Assembly: GCA_963754925.1 (NCBI GenBank)
Contig: CAVWHX010000004.1
Span: forward strand, 576,001-640,000
Reading direction: 5' to 3'
DNA from: an uncultured delta proteobacterium
GTDB lineage: Bacteria; Myxococcota; B64-G9
DNA: 64,000 nucleotides
A model generated the notes under the pieces. That model made no database searches and was not told the DNA's origin. It worked only from the letters and a program-made list of their open reading frames with translations. Below, piece after piece: positions 45,077-54,662 of this stretch. Position numbers and translations under genes: made by a program. Position 1 is the first letter of the stretch, and each line of letters opens with the position of its first letter.

Positions 45077-47239
45077 TCAGCGAGTCCCGGTTATGCCTTT
45101 CGGCTGTTTGATGTCCTCCTCTTTCGATGAGATAAAGCCCATAAGGCGGCTTAACTCACCTTTCGAAAAGTACAGACTGAGATCGCGAGTCTTGTTGTGG
45201 AGCCCTCGAGATAGAAAATGTTGCCACTGGCTTTTGGTCTTTTTATCCCAGTCCATAGAATGGCAGTGTGTACAACCACGCGTCGCTACTTGCTCTCCAG
45301 ACCAATTACCGTTACCGCTAACGAGGTTAACAGTCGCGACAGCGACTTGTTTTTTTTGTTCGTTCCCTGGCTGATTCGAAAGGTTTTTATTGACGCTGGG
45401 CACGGCCTGTTTTTCAACGGCCGGCGCCGGCCTATCTATTTTGGGCGGCTCGGCCATCGCAACCGTTGAATCCGGCTCCGTCCTTTCAGGAGGAGGAGGG
45501 GTCGCGGGAACGCTCGGGACGCTGGCGAGCGCTGATGTTGTTTCTCCATCGCTCTTTTCCGCCGAAGACGATGTGCTGTCGATGTATTCAACAGCGGCAT
45601 CGTTTGTTCGAACAGCGGGTCTTCTCCGAGGAGGTGGTTGATAGATCGGCTTTTTCACAGCCGCGGGAGCTCGAGGCGGCTCTACTGCGACCTTAGGCGG
45701 CACGGTCGTTTTGGTTACGAGTACGACTTTAGAATCATGATCGTCCGCTTTGGGCGGGTTGGTTTTTTCTTGACTGGTAGCCGCCGCCGGAGGACTCGCC
45801 GGTATTGCAGGAGGCGAAGGAGCAGCGGCAGGGACAGGAACAGAAGCGGTGCTAGAAGGAGCCGCGGCGACGGCAACAGAACTTACCGATGATTTTGATC
45901 TGGTATCCTCCGGAGGTGCACCTTTCGGTTGACCGGGAGGTTGAGGCGCCGACGATTGAACGCTGCTCGGCGCAAGCGTGATTTCCTTTTCACCCTGATT
46001 GCTTTTAGAGAAGAGGTGGTAGACGAGCATAATCCCGCCGAGAAGCACGACAACAGCCGCGCCTATTAAAAGGTATGGGTTTTTATGTTTGGAGGCTGTA
46101 ACCGGTTCTGCGGGTTGAACGGGAAGTTTCGGAACTTGAATCTGATGTTCCGATGAAAATGCAGGTTTCGGCGTATGAGCCATAGCCGGAGGAACAGGGA
46201 TAATTCCCGAATTGGTTGTCTTTTTCTTGAGTCGGTTAGCCTTTTCTTGAACCTGTTGCTCGAACCTATGGCGTTGTTCGATGCGCTGTTTGAACTCGGT
46301 CTGATACCAGTTCTTGACCTCCAGCGTTGTGGCTATTCCTTCGTGTTTATTAGCAAAATCGTAGAGGGCGCGGGCGAAATCCTCTCCTGATTGGTAACGC
46401 TTATCCCGATCTTTATCCGTAGCCTTATAGATAATTTTTTCAAGGTCCGGAAGAACAGAAGGACTAATGCCCGTTGGCGGGCGAATGGGGTCCTGAAGAA
46501 TGCTGTTGAGTATCTCCGCCATGGTTGTTTCGGACGAAAAAGAATATGGCCGCTTCAACGTCACGAGTTCGTAGAGCACGAGCCCCAGCGCATATAAATC
46601 AACGCGGCCATCGATGTCTTTAAATTTGAACACATCCGGTGCCAGATACGAGAGCTTTCCTTTGATCAAGCCTGGAAGCGTGAACTCGGTCTGAACCGTA
46701 GATTTAGCAATCCCAAAATCTATGACTTTGAGATAACCCTGGCTGTCGATCATGAGGTTTTGAGCCCCAATGTCTCGGTGCACCAGATTAAGGGACGTTC
46801 CGTCGGGAGCCTTAACGGTATGGGCGTAATGCAGCGCCTCGCACGCTTCGATCATCAATTTACAGACAATCGGCAACGGGAACGTCTTTTTGGCGTTTTT
46901 TAAAGCCCGCAACATGAAGTCGAGGTTCTCACCGTCGATGTACTCCATGGTTATGCAAATCTGGTCACGAACTCGACTGAGATCGAACACTTTTACGATA
47001 TGCGGGTGGTTGAGAGAGGCAATAATTCGCGCTTCATCGATGAACATCTGAATCGCACTGTCGTTTTTAAGACCTCTGGCATGAATCTTTTTTATCACCA
47101 ACAAACGCTCAAAGCCTTGCTCGCCGACTTGAACTCCGAGAAAAACATCTGCCATTCCGCCAGAGCCAAGTTTTGCAATCGGTCGGTATCGTTCTTGGTT
47201 AGGTAACACTTCGGATCCTTTTTGATCAGGGGAGCGCAT
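45077..47239 (-). CDS. Membrane Ser/Thr (Hanks) kinase with C-terminal heme-c motif
   Basis: LGSGGMA, VIKK, HRDIGAQN, DFGIAK, YLAPD; one TM; Pro/Ala-rich linker; CTHCH at 45260-45274. Confidence 0.9.
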   Translation of the reverse strand: MRSPDQKGSEVLPNQERYRPIAKLGSGGMADVFLGVQVGEQGFERLLVIKKIHARGLKNDSAIQMFIDEARIIASLNHPHIVKVFDLSRVRDQICITMEYIDGENLDFMLRALKNAKKTFPLPIVCKLMIEACEALHYAHTVKAPDGTSLNLVHRDIGAQNLMIDSQGYLKVIDFGIAKSTVQTEFTLPGLIKGKLSYLAPDVFKFKDIDGRVDLYALGLVLYELVTLKRPYSFSSETTMAEILNSILQDPIRPPTGISPSVLPDLEKIIYKATDKDRDKRYQSGEDFARALYDFANKHEGIATTLEVKNWYQTEFKQRIEQRHRFEQQVQEKANRLKKKTTNSGIIPVPPAMAHTPKPAFSSEHQIQVPKLPVQPAEPVTASKHKNPYLLIGAAVVVLLGGIMLVYHLFSKSNQGEKEITLAPSSVQSSAPQPPGQPKGAPPEDTRSKSSVSSVAVAAAPSSTASVPVPAAAPSPPAIPASPPAAATSQEKTNPPKADDHDSKVVLVTKTTVPPKVAVEPPRAPAAVKKPIYQPPPRRRPAVRTNDAAVEYIDSTSSSAEKSDGETTSALASVPSVPATPPPPERTEPDSTVAMAEPPKIDRPAPAVEKQAVPSVNKNLSNQPGNEQKKQVAVATVNLVSGNGNWSGEQVATRGCTHCHSMDWDKKTKSQWQHFLSRGLHNKTRDLSLYFSKGELSRLMGFISSKEEDIKQPKGITGTR

Positions 47240-47509
47240 TACCCACCCCCACGGTTACCGTTCAACGTCATGTTCACCACAAACCTCCGCTCGTTTGACC
47301 AGTTACCCTAACCCTCCGGGCGCCCGTCCCAATCCCAACCCCTGTCTTTCTCCCACCACCTACCCACGGGATTGGCGCCAAATCCGGCCATCGGCGAAAT
47401 CAATCGCAGCATCATATCACCAGTATATTTTGCACCAGATCACCCAAATAAGTCAAAATTTGGACCTCTCGGGTTCTCGATATTCTTACCTTGTTTATAC
47501 GGTTGAATA

Positions 47510-47713
47510 GTGGCTAAAGATCTCAGCTATATCGGAGACGGCATCTGCGATCAGGCCGGTCCCTGCCCTCATGATTCCGCCAACACGCGCACGAACCTAC
47601 TGGTCTCCGGCGGTGGTTGTGATTGTGGGACCATGCCAACGGACTTCGGCGGTGCGCTGCCGTTGCTGCTCGGGTTGCTGTTCTTGGGACGATATCGTCA
47701 TCGGGGTGAGTAG
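47510..47713 (+). pseudogene. Orphan C-terminal fragment with MYXO-CTERM-like tail
   Basis: GDGICD...CP (TSP3-like), GGGCDC, hydrophobic stretch, RYRHR; no signal peptide. Confidence 0.6.
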
Positions 47714-47763
47714 TCTACCGCGAACCACCTGCCTCAATAATTGCGTCTTGCGATGCATCCATC

Positions 47764-48855
47764 TCAAGGATTAATATAAATGTAACGATAGTTCGCATCT
47801 CCCTGGATCGTTTTCTCTCCCTGGTTGTCCTTAAGGCGAAATGAATAGCTGGCTTTGAGAGAATACTCCCGTGGTTTGCTGAACTGTCTCACAATAGCTT
47901 TTCGGAAAAAATCCAGATCGGCAAGCGGATCCACGATGTTATTGATACCGGTCATTTCTAATTTGCCGGTCAAGGTGACGTCGTCATCGACGGCAACGAA
48001 CTGCACCCGCCGGGGAATAACATAACCTTCCTCAGATTTCTGATCCTTAATAAACCCATCAAATTCAAAACGAACCCGAGCGGTAGCCAAGATACGCCCT
48101 TTAGAACCATACACCAACGCCCAGCCATGATGTGAATTTCCAAAGTTGGACGGCGTCTCGAGCTCTACCAGGGTGATCGTGAAATCATCGCGGGTGAGGT
48201 TGAACCTAAACCATCGTCGCGCTTGCGTCTGAGGACCAATGTTTGTCCATGTATGATATGCGTTTCCGATACCTTCAACCACTATTGTCCGGCCATTAGT
48301 TGTAATCGAACCACTAACGAAAGCCCTCGGACTCGTATACACAATCGAATAAAAACCCGGTGGTTCTCCTCGTTCTTCATAGGTTAGAATTCCATTTCCG
48401 GGTTGAAATGGTTCTCCTTGGTTAATATAGCGGAGATCCATCGATAATCCCTTGCAACGAATTATTATATTCAGGCTATGGAAATCGCCCATGACTTCAT
48501 TTTCACCAAATGTCAGGTGAAAACCTTGGGAGTCAGATCGCCATTTATCCGCACTGTACTCTGCATTGCACTTGGTCTTTATGCCCTGCGAATCCGTATA
48601 TTCAACCCTTAACCCGCCTTTATTGTCCCCAATACCAAGATTCGATACCGCAAAATCGATTCCAAGATCACCACCCCCTTTAAACCATGCCCCATGACTC
48701 CAAACCTCGGTGTACATTAACTCTCTTCGTTTATGAGGCATCAATTCAGCAACAGTAACAGGCTGGTTTTGGCCAAATTGGGTTACCGTCCCGGCGAGGC
48801 CAGGAGTACCCCCGGCAAGAACCACTATGGCTATAATAATATTGTCGATTTTCAT
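47764..48855 (-). CDS. Secreted Svf1/AttH-like lipocalin-fold protein
   Basis: Signal peptide; beta-rich; YTEVW, SNLG, G.G...HTW.N...ARRW pattern. Confidence 0.55.
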   Translation of the reverse strand: MKIDNIIIAIVVLAGGTPGLAGTVTQFGQNQPVTVAELMPHKRRELMYTEVWSHGAWFKGGGDLGIDFAVSNLGIGDNKGGLRVEYTDSQGIKTKCNAEYSADKWRSDSQGFHLTFGENEVMGDFHSLNIIIRCKGLSMDLRYINQGEPFQPGNGILTYEERGEPPGFYSIVYTSPRAFVSGSITTNGRTIVVEGIGNAYHTWTNIGPQTQARRWFRFNLTRDDFTITLVELETPSNFGNSHHGWALVYGSKGRILATARVRFEFDGFIKDQKSEEGYVIPRRVQFVAVDDDVTLTGKLEMTGINNIVDPLADLDFFRKAIVRQFSKPREYSLKASYSFRLKDNQGEKTIQGDANYRYIYINP

Positions 48856-49108
48856 GGTCCTTATCCTTACTTTTGAAATAAATAGACAATAGGACAACTA
48901 TCACTTTATCGAAGTCAAGCAAATTTCTTGCCCGATATAAAAAAGTTCCGTCTGTTTACAACAGAGAGATTTATTCTTATAACCTGACTAAAGATTGATC
49001 ATTTTATATGTGTAATTATTTCACACTGTTTACTTGACGCCACAGCAAAAAATGATCAAAATATAAATAACATATTGAAATAAATACATAAATTGTTTTT
49101 TTATATTA

Positions 49109-49124
49109 AGGTATAGAATTTGCT
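49109..49124 (+). promoter_or_regulatory. Possible sigma-54 promoter of the lipid cluster
   Basis: AGGTATAGAATTTGCT keeps GG-N10-GC; AT-rich region upstream. Confidence 0.5.
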
Positions 49125-49204
49125 TAAGCAGGCATAGGAGTTGTATATGCATTGGATAAGACACGAGCAAAAGTTCTTAACCAGCGATAGCTGAGGTATT
49201 CACA

Positions 49205-50110
49205 ATGGAACAAACTACCGTCAATACCAACTTACTATTATCTATTATGCCCGTCGCGGTTTTTTGTACGATCGTTGTCGCCAGCTTTTTGGTGTTCTGT
49301 ACGAAAGTGCTTTTGTATGGGATGCCAAAGTCACCAAGAGTTCAGCAGGAGGGCAACAGTGTCTTCTTGAGCAAGCTGCTTATGGAATTTTGGACGTGGT
49401 TTATTAGACCCATTGTTCAACTCCTGATCAAGCTCAGAATATCTCCCGATGCAATCACTATCATGGGAGCGATTATCGCCGCAGGAGCCGGCCTGGCGTT
49501 TTACTTTGGCTCATTCTTGGTCGGCGGATGGATGATTTTGGCTGCCGGCACATTCGACATGCTCGATGGTAGCGTCGCCAGGGCCATCAACGGAACCTCA
49601 AAATCAGGGGCGTTTTTGGATTCGACTCTTGATCGGTATGCCGAGTTGTTTATGTTTGCTGGATTAATTTCTTATTATAAAGATACCAGCTTTCTCGTGG
49701 TGGTCTTAATGGCCGTCATCGGCTCTATGATGGTTTCGTATGCCAGAGCTCGAGCTGAAGGCGTTGGCGTCGAAGCGCGCATGGGAAATATGCAACGAAC
49801 TGAACGGATCGTCTATCTTGGGCTTGGCACCGCATTCGCACCGGTCGTGGCAAGTTTGCTTGAGCCAAATGCAGTCAAACCATATTACCACTTGGGAATG
49901 TTAGTTATCACCATGGTAGCTATATTCGCCAACGCCACGGCTATTCGACGCATGCTGTACACCTACAAGACCCTCAAAGTACGCAATGGCCAAGCCGAGG
50001 CCAAGGTTATTACTTTACCCAAAAGTCAGCCCCATGAATTAGCACGGGTCAGTGTTAAGGCAATCGTAAGTAATGATTCGTACCAATGCAGCGCCGATCG
50101 GGCTGTGTGA
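49205..50110 (+). CDS. CDP-alcohol phosphatidyltransferase (PIP-synthase-like)
   Basis: SPDAIT, DMLDGSVAR...G.FLDSTLDR, SMMVSYARARAEG, R.ER. Confidence 0.9.
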   Translation: MEQTTVNTNLLLSIMPVAVFCTIVVASFLVFCTKVLLYGMPKSPRVQQEGNSVFLSKLLMEFWTWFIRPIVQLLIKLRISPDAITIMGAIIAAGAGLAFYFGSFLVGGWMILAAGTFDMLDGSVARAINGTSKSGAFLDSTLDRYAELFMFAGLISYYKDTSFLVVVLMAVIGSMMVSYARARAEGVGVEARMGNMQRTERIVYLGLGTAFAPVVASLLEPNAVKPYYHLGMLVITMVAIFANATAIRRMLYTYKTLKVRNGQAEAKVITLPKSQPHELARVSVKAIVSNDSYQCSADRAV

Positions 50111-50201
50111 CGTTGCTGGTGAGCTTGAAACTGAAAATCTATGGTATTGATGCACCGCTGATGATGAATCATAAGAGGCGTGCATTGAGGGTGAGATCGA
50201 T

Positions 50202-50366
50202 ATGACGTTATCTTTTGCTAGAGATGTTCTCGGGCGGCAGGTGGGAACTCTGCGCGCCTATTTGTGGCGGGTCGGTGGCATTCCGTATAATACCTTTGTG
50301 GTGTTGTTGACGATTGCTCTCTTGGCCAAATCGAAGGTTTGGAACATCAGGGGCGTTGAACACTGA
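50202..50366 (+). CDS. Possible 54-aa small membrane protein
   Basis: GAGG upstream; MTLSFARD...FVVLLTIALLAK; below the ORF-track cutoff. Confidence 0.3.
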   Translation: MTLSFARDVLGRQVGTLRAYLWRVGGIPYNTFVVLLTIALLAKSKVWNIRGVEH

Positions 50367-50522
50367 AAGCTCGTCTCCATCGATAACCCATTCGAGAATC
50401 TTGCCGGTAACGTCTCTCTCTTCAATAATTCAAATTTACGATGGCACTATCTTCTGATACAGAAAATACAGCACCAGCATCGGTTCAAACGCGGCACACC
50501 ACCGATCGGGGTTCTTCTTTAG

Positions 50523-53012
50523 ATGATCACAGTCGATAAGATAGCCGAACGGGGTAAAGAGGCAACCGGTGCCTTAGCCCGACATGTCACCCGTCGATCA
50601 TTAGCCTATACCATTGGATTTATAATTCTCACGGGCATATTGATTCTGTTCGTGAAAAAATTGGATCTGAAGAGTGATTTTGTCGAGTTACTGCCGCAGG
50701 ACTTTCAGAGCGTCAAAGACCTGAGGAAAGCCACCGCCACGGTCGGGGGCTTGGGGTATCTGTCTATCGGCATCGAATCGTCCGACGTCAAGGCCTCCGA
50801 ACGATTTGCCGACGATATTGCAGCCGTGCTCAACAGTGAATTCAAAGACCGAATTTTGTACTGCGATTATAACATCAAAGAGTCGAAGAAATATTACACC
50901 GACAATGGTGCGTTGTTTATGGACTACGACGACTTGGTGGAGATAGAGGACCGATTGGATCGGCGGATTCGAGCAGAAAAGAAAAAGGCCAATCCGCTGT
51001 TTATCGATATTACAGGAGAAATAGCACAAGATAGCAAACTAAATTTCAAAGACATCGAGGACAAGTACAAGAAGGAAACCGGGCCCGCGTCAAACTATAT
51101 CGACGATTACTATACCGGCGAAGACGGCCACTTATTGGCTATGCTGATAAAGCCGCAAGGAACTTTCACCGATATACCGTCGAGCAAGGAATTCATCGCC
51201 GATATTACCAACGCCATCAACAAGCTTGATCCGAAACACTATGCGCCCGATATGAAATACGGGTACGCTGGGGGATTCAAATCGTCGGTGGAAGAATTCG
51301 AGACCCTCAGAAATGACATTTTGAGTACCGCTCTGTTGTGTATCAGCTTGATTGTTCTCGCGGTGTTCTTGTACTTTCGTCGCGTTCGAGCGGTTGTTTT
51401 CTTGGGCATTTCCTGCTTGGCGTCGGTGATGTGGACGTTCGCCGTCACCTACTTCACTATCGGCTATCTCAATACCGTCACCGCTTTTTTGGGAGCCATT
51501 ATCGTCGGCACGGGCATCAACTACGGCATCATCATGCTTGCCCGTTACTTTGAAGAGCGCCGCCTAGGCCAAAGCGCCGAGGCGGCGCTTGAGATAGCCA
51601 TGAAAAACACGGTGGCGGCTACGTTTGGCGCATCCGGCACCACCGCTGTCTCCTTTGGTATTTTCCTCTTTGCCGAGGTGCGATCATTTTCACAGTTTGG
51701 TTTCATCGGCGGTATTGGTGTGATGCTCATTTGGATAGGATCGTACACCTTCCTGCCGGCACTGATAATGCTTTCCGAGAAAATTTGGCCCTCGATGGAG
51801 GTCTCGGCTGACCATACGTCTCTTTGGACCGATAGAGCTAGCCTCAATTTTTTGACCTGGCCGCTGCGCTTTCCGAAGTTGGTATTGTCTTTTTTCACCA
51901 TAGGCGCGATCGCGGCATTAATTCTCTTTGCCCTCTACCTGCCCAATTCCCTTGAATACGACATCTCCAATCTGCGTACCAAAAGTAGTATAGAATCAGG
52001 AACTGCTGTTTTAGACCAACGAATAAGCGAATTATTCGGCACCTCCATGACCCCGGCCATTATTTTAGCGGATTCCGTCCAAGAGGGGGACGACATTTGT
52101 CAGGTCCTGCTCCGAATAAAGAAAGAAAAAGGCGACGAGTCCGGCGTTGAAAAATGCCGATCCGTTCTATCGCTGTTGCCCACAGAACAGGAAGAGAAGC
52201 TTCCGGTCATAAACGATATTCGGAGATTACTTAAAGACAAAGCGTTGGATCAACTCGAAGGAGATGAAAAGGAAAGAATCGAAGATCTTAAGAAAAAACT
52301 CCCGGATACGGTGGTGACCATCGCCGATTTGCCCAAGCAGCTGAGCCGAGTTTTCACAGATAAGGAAGGCCACGTCGGCCGCCTTGTCTTTGTCAACCCC
52401 CGCGCCGGAAGAGATTTATGGAACGCCACAAACCTGATTCGCTTTACCAACGACATTCGGCGTATCGAGCTCGATAACGGGAAAATCATCACCTCGTCCG
52501 GGGAAGCAGTCATATTCGCCGATCTCCTTACCTTACTGAAAAAAGACAGCCCCGTTTCCACCGCGGCATCGTTCCTCGGAGTGTTTATGCTTGTGCTACT
52601 AGTTTTCGGCAGCGTGCATTCGTCGATTTTCGTTGAAGCGCCGATGGTGGTCGGTTCCCTCTGGATGGTCGGTCTCATGGCTTTGTTCGACATCAAGATC
52701 AATTTCTTCAATTTTGTCGCCCTGCCGATTACGTTCGGCATAGGCGTGGACTACTCCATCAATATCTATCAGCGTTACCTCCAGGAGGGACCTGGTTCAA
52801 TCGACCGGGTGCTCCGCCGCACCGGCACCGCGGTTTTTCTCTGCTCGCTGACAACCATTATCGGCTATTTCACCCTCATCATCGCGGATAGTATGGCGCT
52901 TGTCTCCTTGGGCAAGTTAGCTATTCTTGGTGAATTCACGTGCTTATCGGCGGCCATGATTGGCCTTCCAAGCCTGATAACCATCATGGAAAAGAGAAAG
53001 CAACCCAAGTGA
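50523..53012 (+). CDS. MMPL/RND family lipid transporter
   Basis: Two TM repeats with GTGINYGI and GIGVDYSI; two periplasmic loops. Confidence 0.92.
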   Translation: MITVDKIAERGKEATGALARHVTRRSLAYTIGFIILTGILILFVKKLDLKSDFVELLPQDFQSVKDLRKATATVGGLGYLSIGIESSDVKASERFADDIAAVLNSEFKDRILYCDYNIKESKKYYTDNGALFMDYDDLVEIEDRLDRRIRAEKKKANPLFIDITGEIAQDSKLNFKDIEDKYKKETGPASNYIDDYYTGEDGHLLAMLIKPQGTFTDIPSSKEFIADITNAINKLDPKHYAPDMKYGYAGGFKSSVEEFETLRNDILSTALLCISLIVLAVFLYFRRVRAVVFLGISCLASVMWTFAVTYFTIGYLNTVTAFLGAIIVGTGINYGIIMLARYFEERRLGQSAEAALEIAMKNTVAATFGASGTTAVSFGIFLFAEVRSFSQFGFIGGIGVMLIWIGSYTFLPALIMLSEKIWPSMEVSADHTSLWTDRASLNFLTWPLRFPKLVLSFFTIGAIAALILFALYLPNSLEYDISNLRTKSSIESGTAVLDQRISELFGTSMTPAIILADSVQEGDDICQVLLRIKKEKGDESGVEKCRSVLSLLPTEQEEKLPVINDIRRLLKDKALDQLEGDEKERIEDLKKKLPDTVVTIADLPKQLSRVFTDKEGHVGRLVFVNPRAGRDLWNATNLIRFTNDIRRIELDNGKIITSSGEAVIFADLLTLLKKDSPVSTAASFLGVFMLVLLVFGSVHSSIFVEAPMVVGSLWMVGLMALFDIKINFFNFVALPITFGIGVDYSINIYQRYLQEGPGSIDRVLRRTGTAVFLCSLTTIIGYFTLIIADSMALVSLGKLAILGEFTCLSAAMIGLPSLITIMEKRKQPK

Positions 53013-53485
53013 AGCTCCCTAGCAAAATTATCCAAACGTGGGCACTCGTCATAGCAACTGCTCTGGGAGTAGGGTTCTCGCCTGTTGCTCCCGGCACCTG
53101 CGGCACGGTGGTCGGCTTATTCTTATTTTGGGGTATGTCCGATTTGCCGCTATGGCTGTATGCGGCAATAGTGTGTTTGGTGGTCGCTGTAGGAACCTGG
53201 GCCGCCTCTGTCACCGGTAAGATATATGGCGAAGTTGACAGCCAACGCATTGTGATCGACGAAGTCGCCGGCTACCTGATAACCATGATCGCTTCCCGCC
53301 CTACCGTCACCGGGATGCTCATGGGGTTTGTCTTGTTTAGGTTTTTCGATATTGTAAAACCGTTTCCAGTCGATTGGGCTGACCAAAAAGTTAAGAACGC
53401 CTTTGGGGTGATGCTTGACGACATCCTCGCCGGTGTCTATGGTTGGGGGGTGTTGACATTATTTCGCATGCTGGTTCCTTCTTGA
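53009..53485 (+). CDS. pgpA: Phosphatidylglycerophosphatase A
   Basis: APGT.GT, IVIDEVAG, FRFFDIVKP, GVMLDDILAG; GTGA overlap with the MMPL stop. Confidence 0.93.
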   Translation: MKLPSKIIQTWALVIATALGVGFSPVAPGTCGTVVGLFLFWGMSDLPLWLYAAIVCLVVAVGTWAASVTGKIYGEVDSQRIVIDEVAGYLITMIASRPTVTGMLMGFVLFRFFDIVKPFPVDWADQKVKNAFGVMLDDILAGVYGWGVLTLFRMLVPS

Positions 53486-53510
53486 TTGTTGTTTGGAGTG
53501 GAGCCGCACG

Positions 53511-54656
53511 GTGAAAATAGGCATCGTTACCGAGTATTATTATCCGACTCTTGGCGGCATTCAGGAGCACGTACATCACTTTGCGCTCGAAGCGATGGCC
53601 CGCGGGCACCACGTTCGTATCATTACCTCTCATGTCTACGGGATCCGCGAAGACCGAAAAAAACCGGAGGATATTCCGATCACGCGGATCGGATTGAGCA
53701 TCCCGTTGTATCAAAACGGCGCTATTGGACGCGTTACCTTCGGCATATCGCTACGAAAGAAACTCCAGCGGCTTTTCGATCAAGAGAAGTTCGATGTCAT
53801 ACATATTCATGTTCCCATAACCCCGATGTTGCCGCTGCTTGCGTTAACCCGTTCCAACACGGTCACGATCGGTACGTTTCACACTAATTTCAAATGGAGC
53901 CCTTGGTTTAAAGTTTTCAATAAGCACTGTCAACGATTCCTGGATCGGCTGGACGGAATTATCGCCGTTTCCAAAACAGCGATTGCCGCCTTGCATCAAC
54001 ATTTCAAGGCCGACTACCGCGTCATTCCCAATGGGATCGACATGCTTCAGTTCAATCCATCGGTGCCGCGCCTGCCCGAGTTTAGTGATGGTCGCTTCAA
54101 CCTGTTGTGGATCGGAAGAATGGAGCCGCGCAATGGGTTGGATCGCATGATTGCCGCTCTGGCCGCCGCCTGGCAGGTACGCACGGATCTCCGTTTGATT
54201 GTGATTGGCGACGGCCCGCTGCGTTCGGCCTATCACGATATGATCCCGGCGCATCTTAAGCCGTTTGTTCATTTTACCGGATTTGTTAACGAAGGCAGAC
54301 CAGCCCTTTTCGCCAGCGCCGATGTTCTGTGCGTGCCCGCCACTATCTCCTCGTTTGGCATCACCTTGCTTGAGGGTATGGCTTCCGGAAAACCGATTAT
54401 CGCGTCGGATATCGACGGGTTTCGCGACGTCATGGAAAACGGCCGTGAGGGAGTTATGATCGACACGAGTGACCCGATCCAGTTCCGTGATGCCATATTG
54501 AAATTAGCGGCCGATCGAGCGCTGGCAATGGAATACGGGCAGCGCGGGCTGAAAACAGCCGAGAACTACTCTTGGCCGCGGGTCACCGGGCAAATCTTGG
54601 ATTATTACCAGGAAGCTACGATTCGATATAAGAATCGCTCAAATACGTATCGGTGA
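53511..54656 (+). CDS. GT4 glycosyltransferase, PimA-like
   Basis: GGIQEHV, HIH.P, TFH, IPNGID, GRMEPRNG, SFGITLLEGMA. Confidence 0.88.
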   Translation: MKIGIVTEYYYPTLGGIQEHVHHFALEAMARGHHVRIITSHVYGIREDRKKPEDIPITRIGLSIPLYQNGAIGRVTFGISLRKKLQRLFDQEKFDVIHIHVPITPMLPLLALTRSNTVTIGTFHTNFKWSPWFKVFNKHCQRFLDRLDGIIAVSKTAIAALHQHFKADYRVIPNGIDMLQFNPSVPRLPEFSDGRFNLLWIGRMEPRNGLDRMIAALAAAWQVRTDLRLIVIGDGPLRSAYHDMIPAHLKPFVHFTGFVNEGRPALFASADVLCVPATISSFGITLLEGMASGKPIIASDIDGFRDVMENGREGVMIDTSDPIQFRDAILKLAADRALAMEYGQRGLKTAENYSWPRVTGQILDYYQEATIRYKNRSNTYR

Positions 54657-54662
54657 TAAAGC

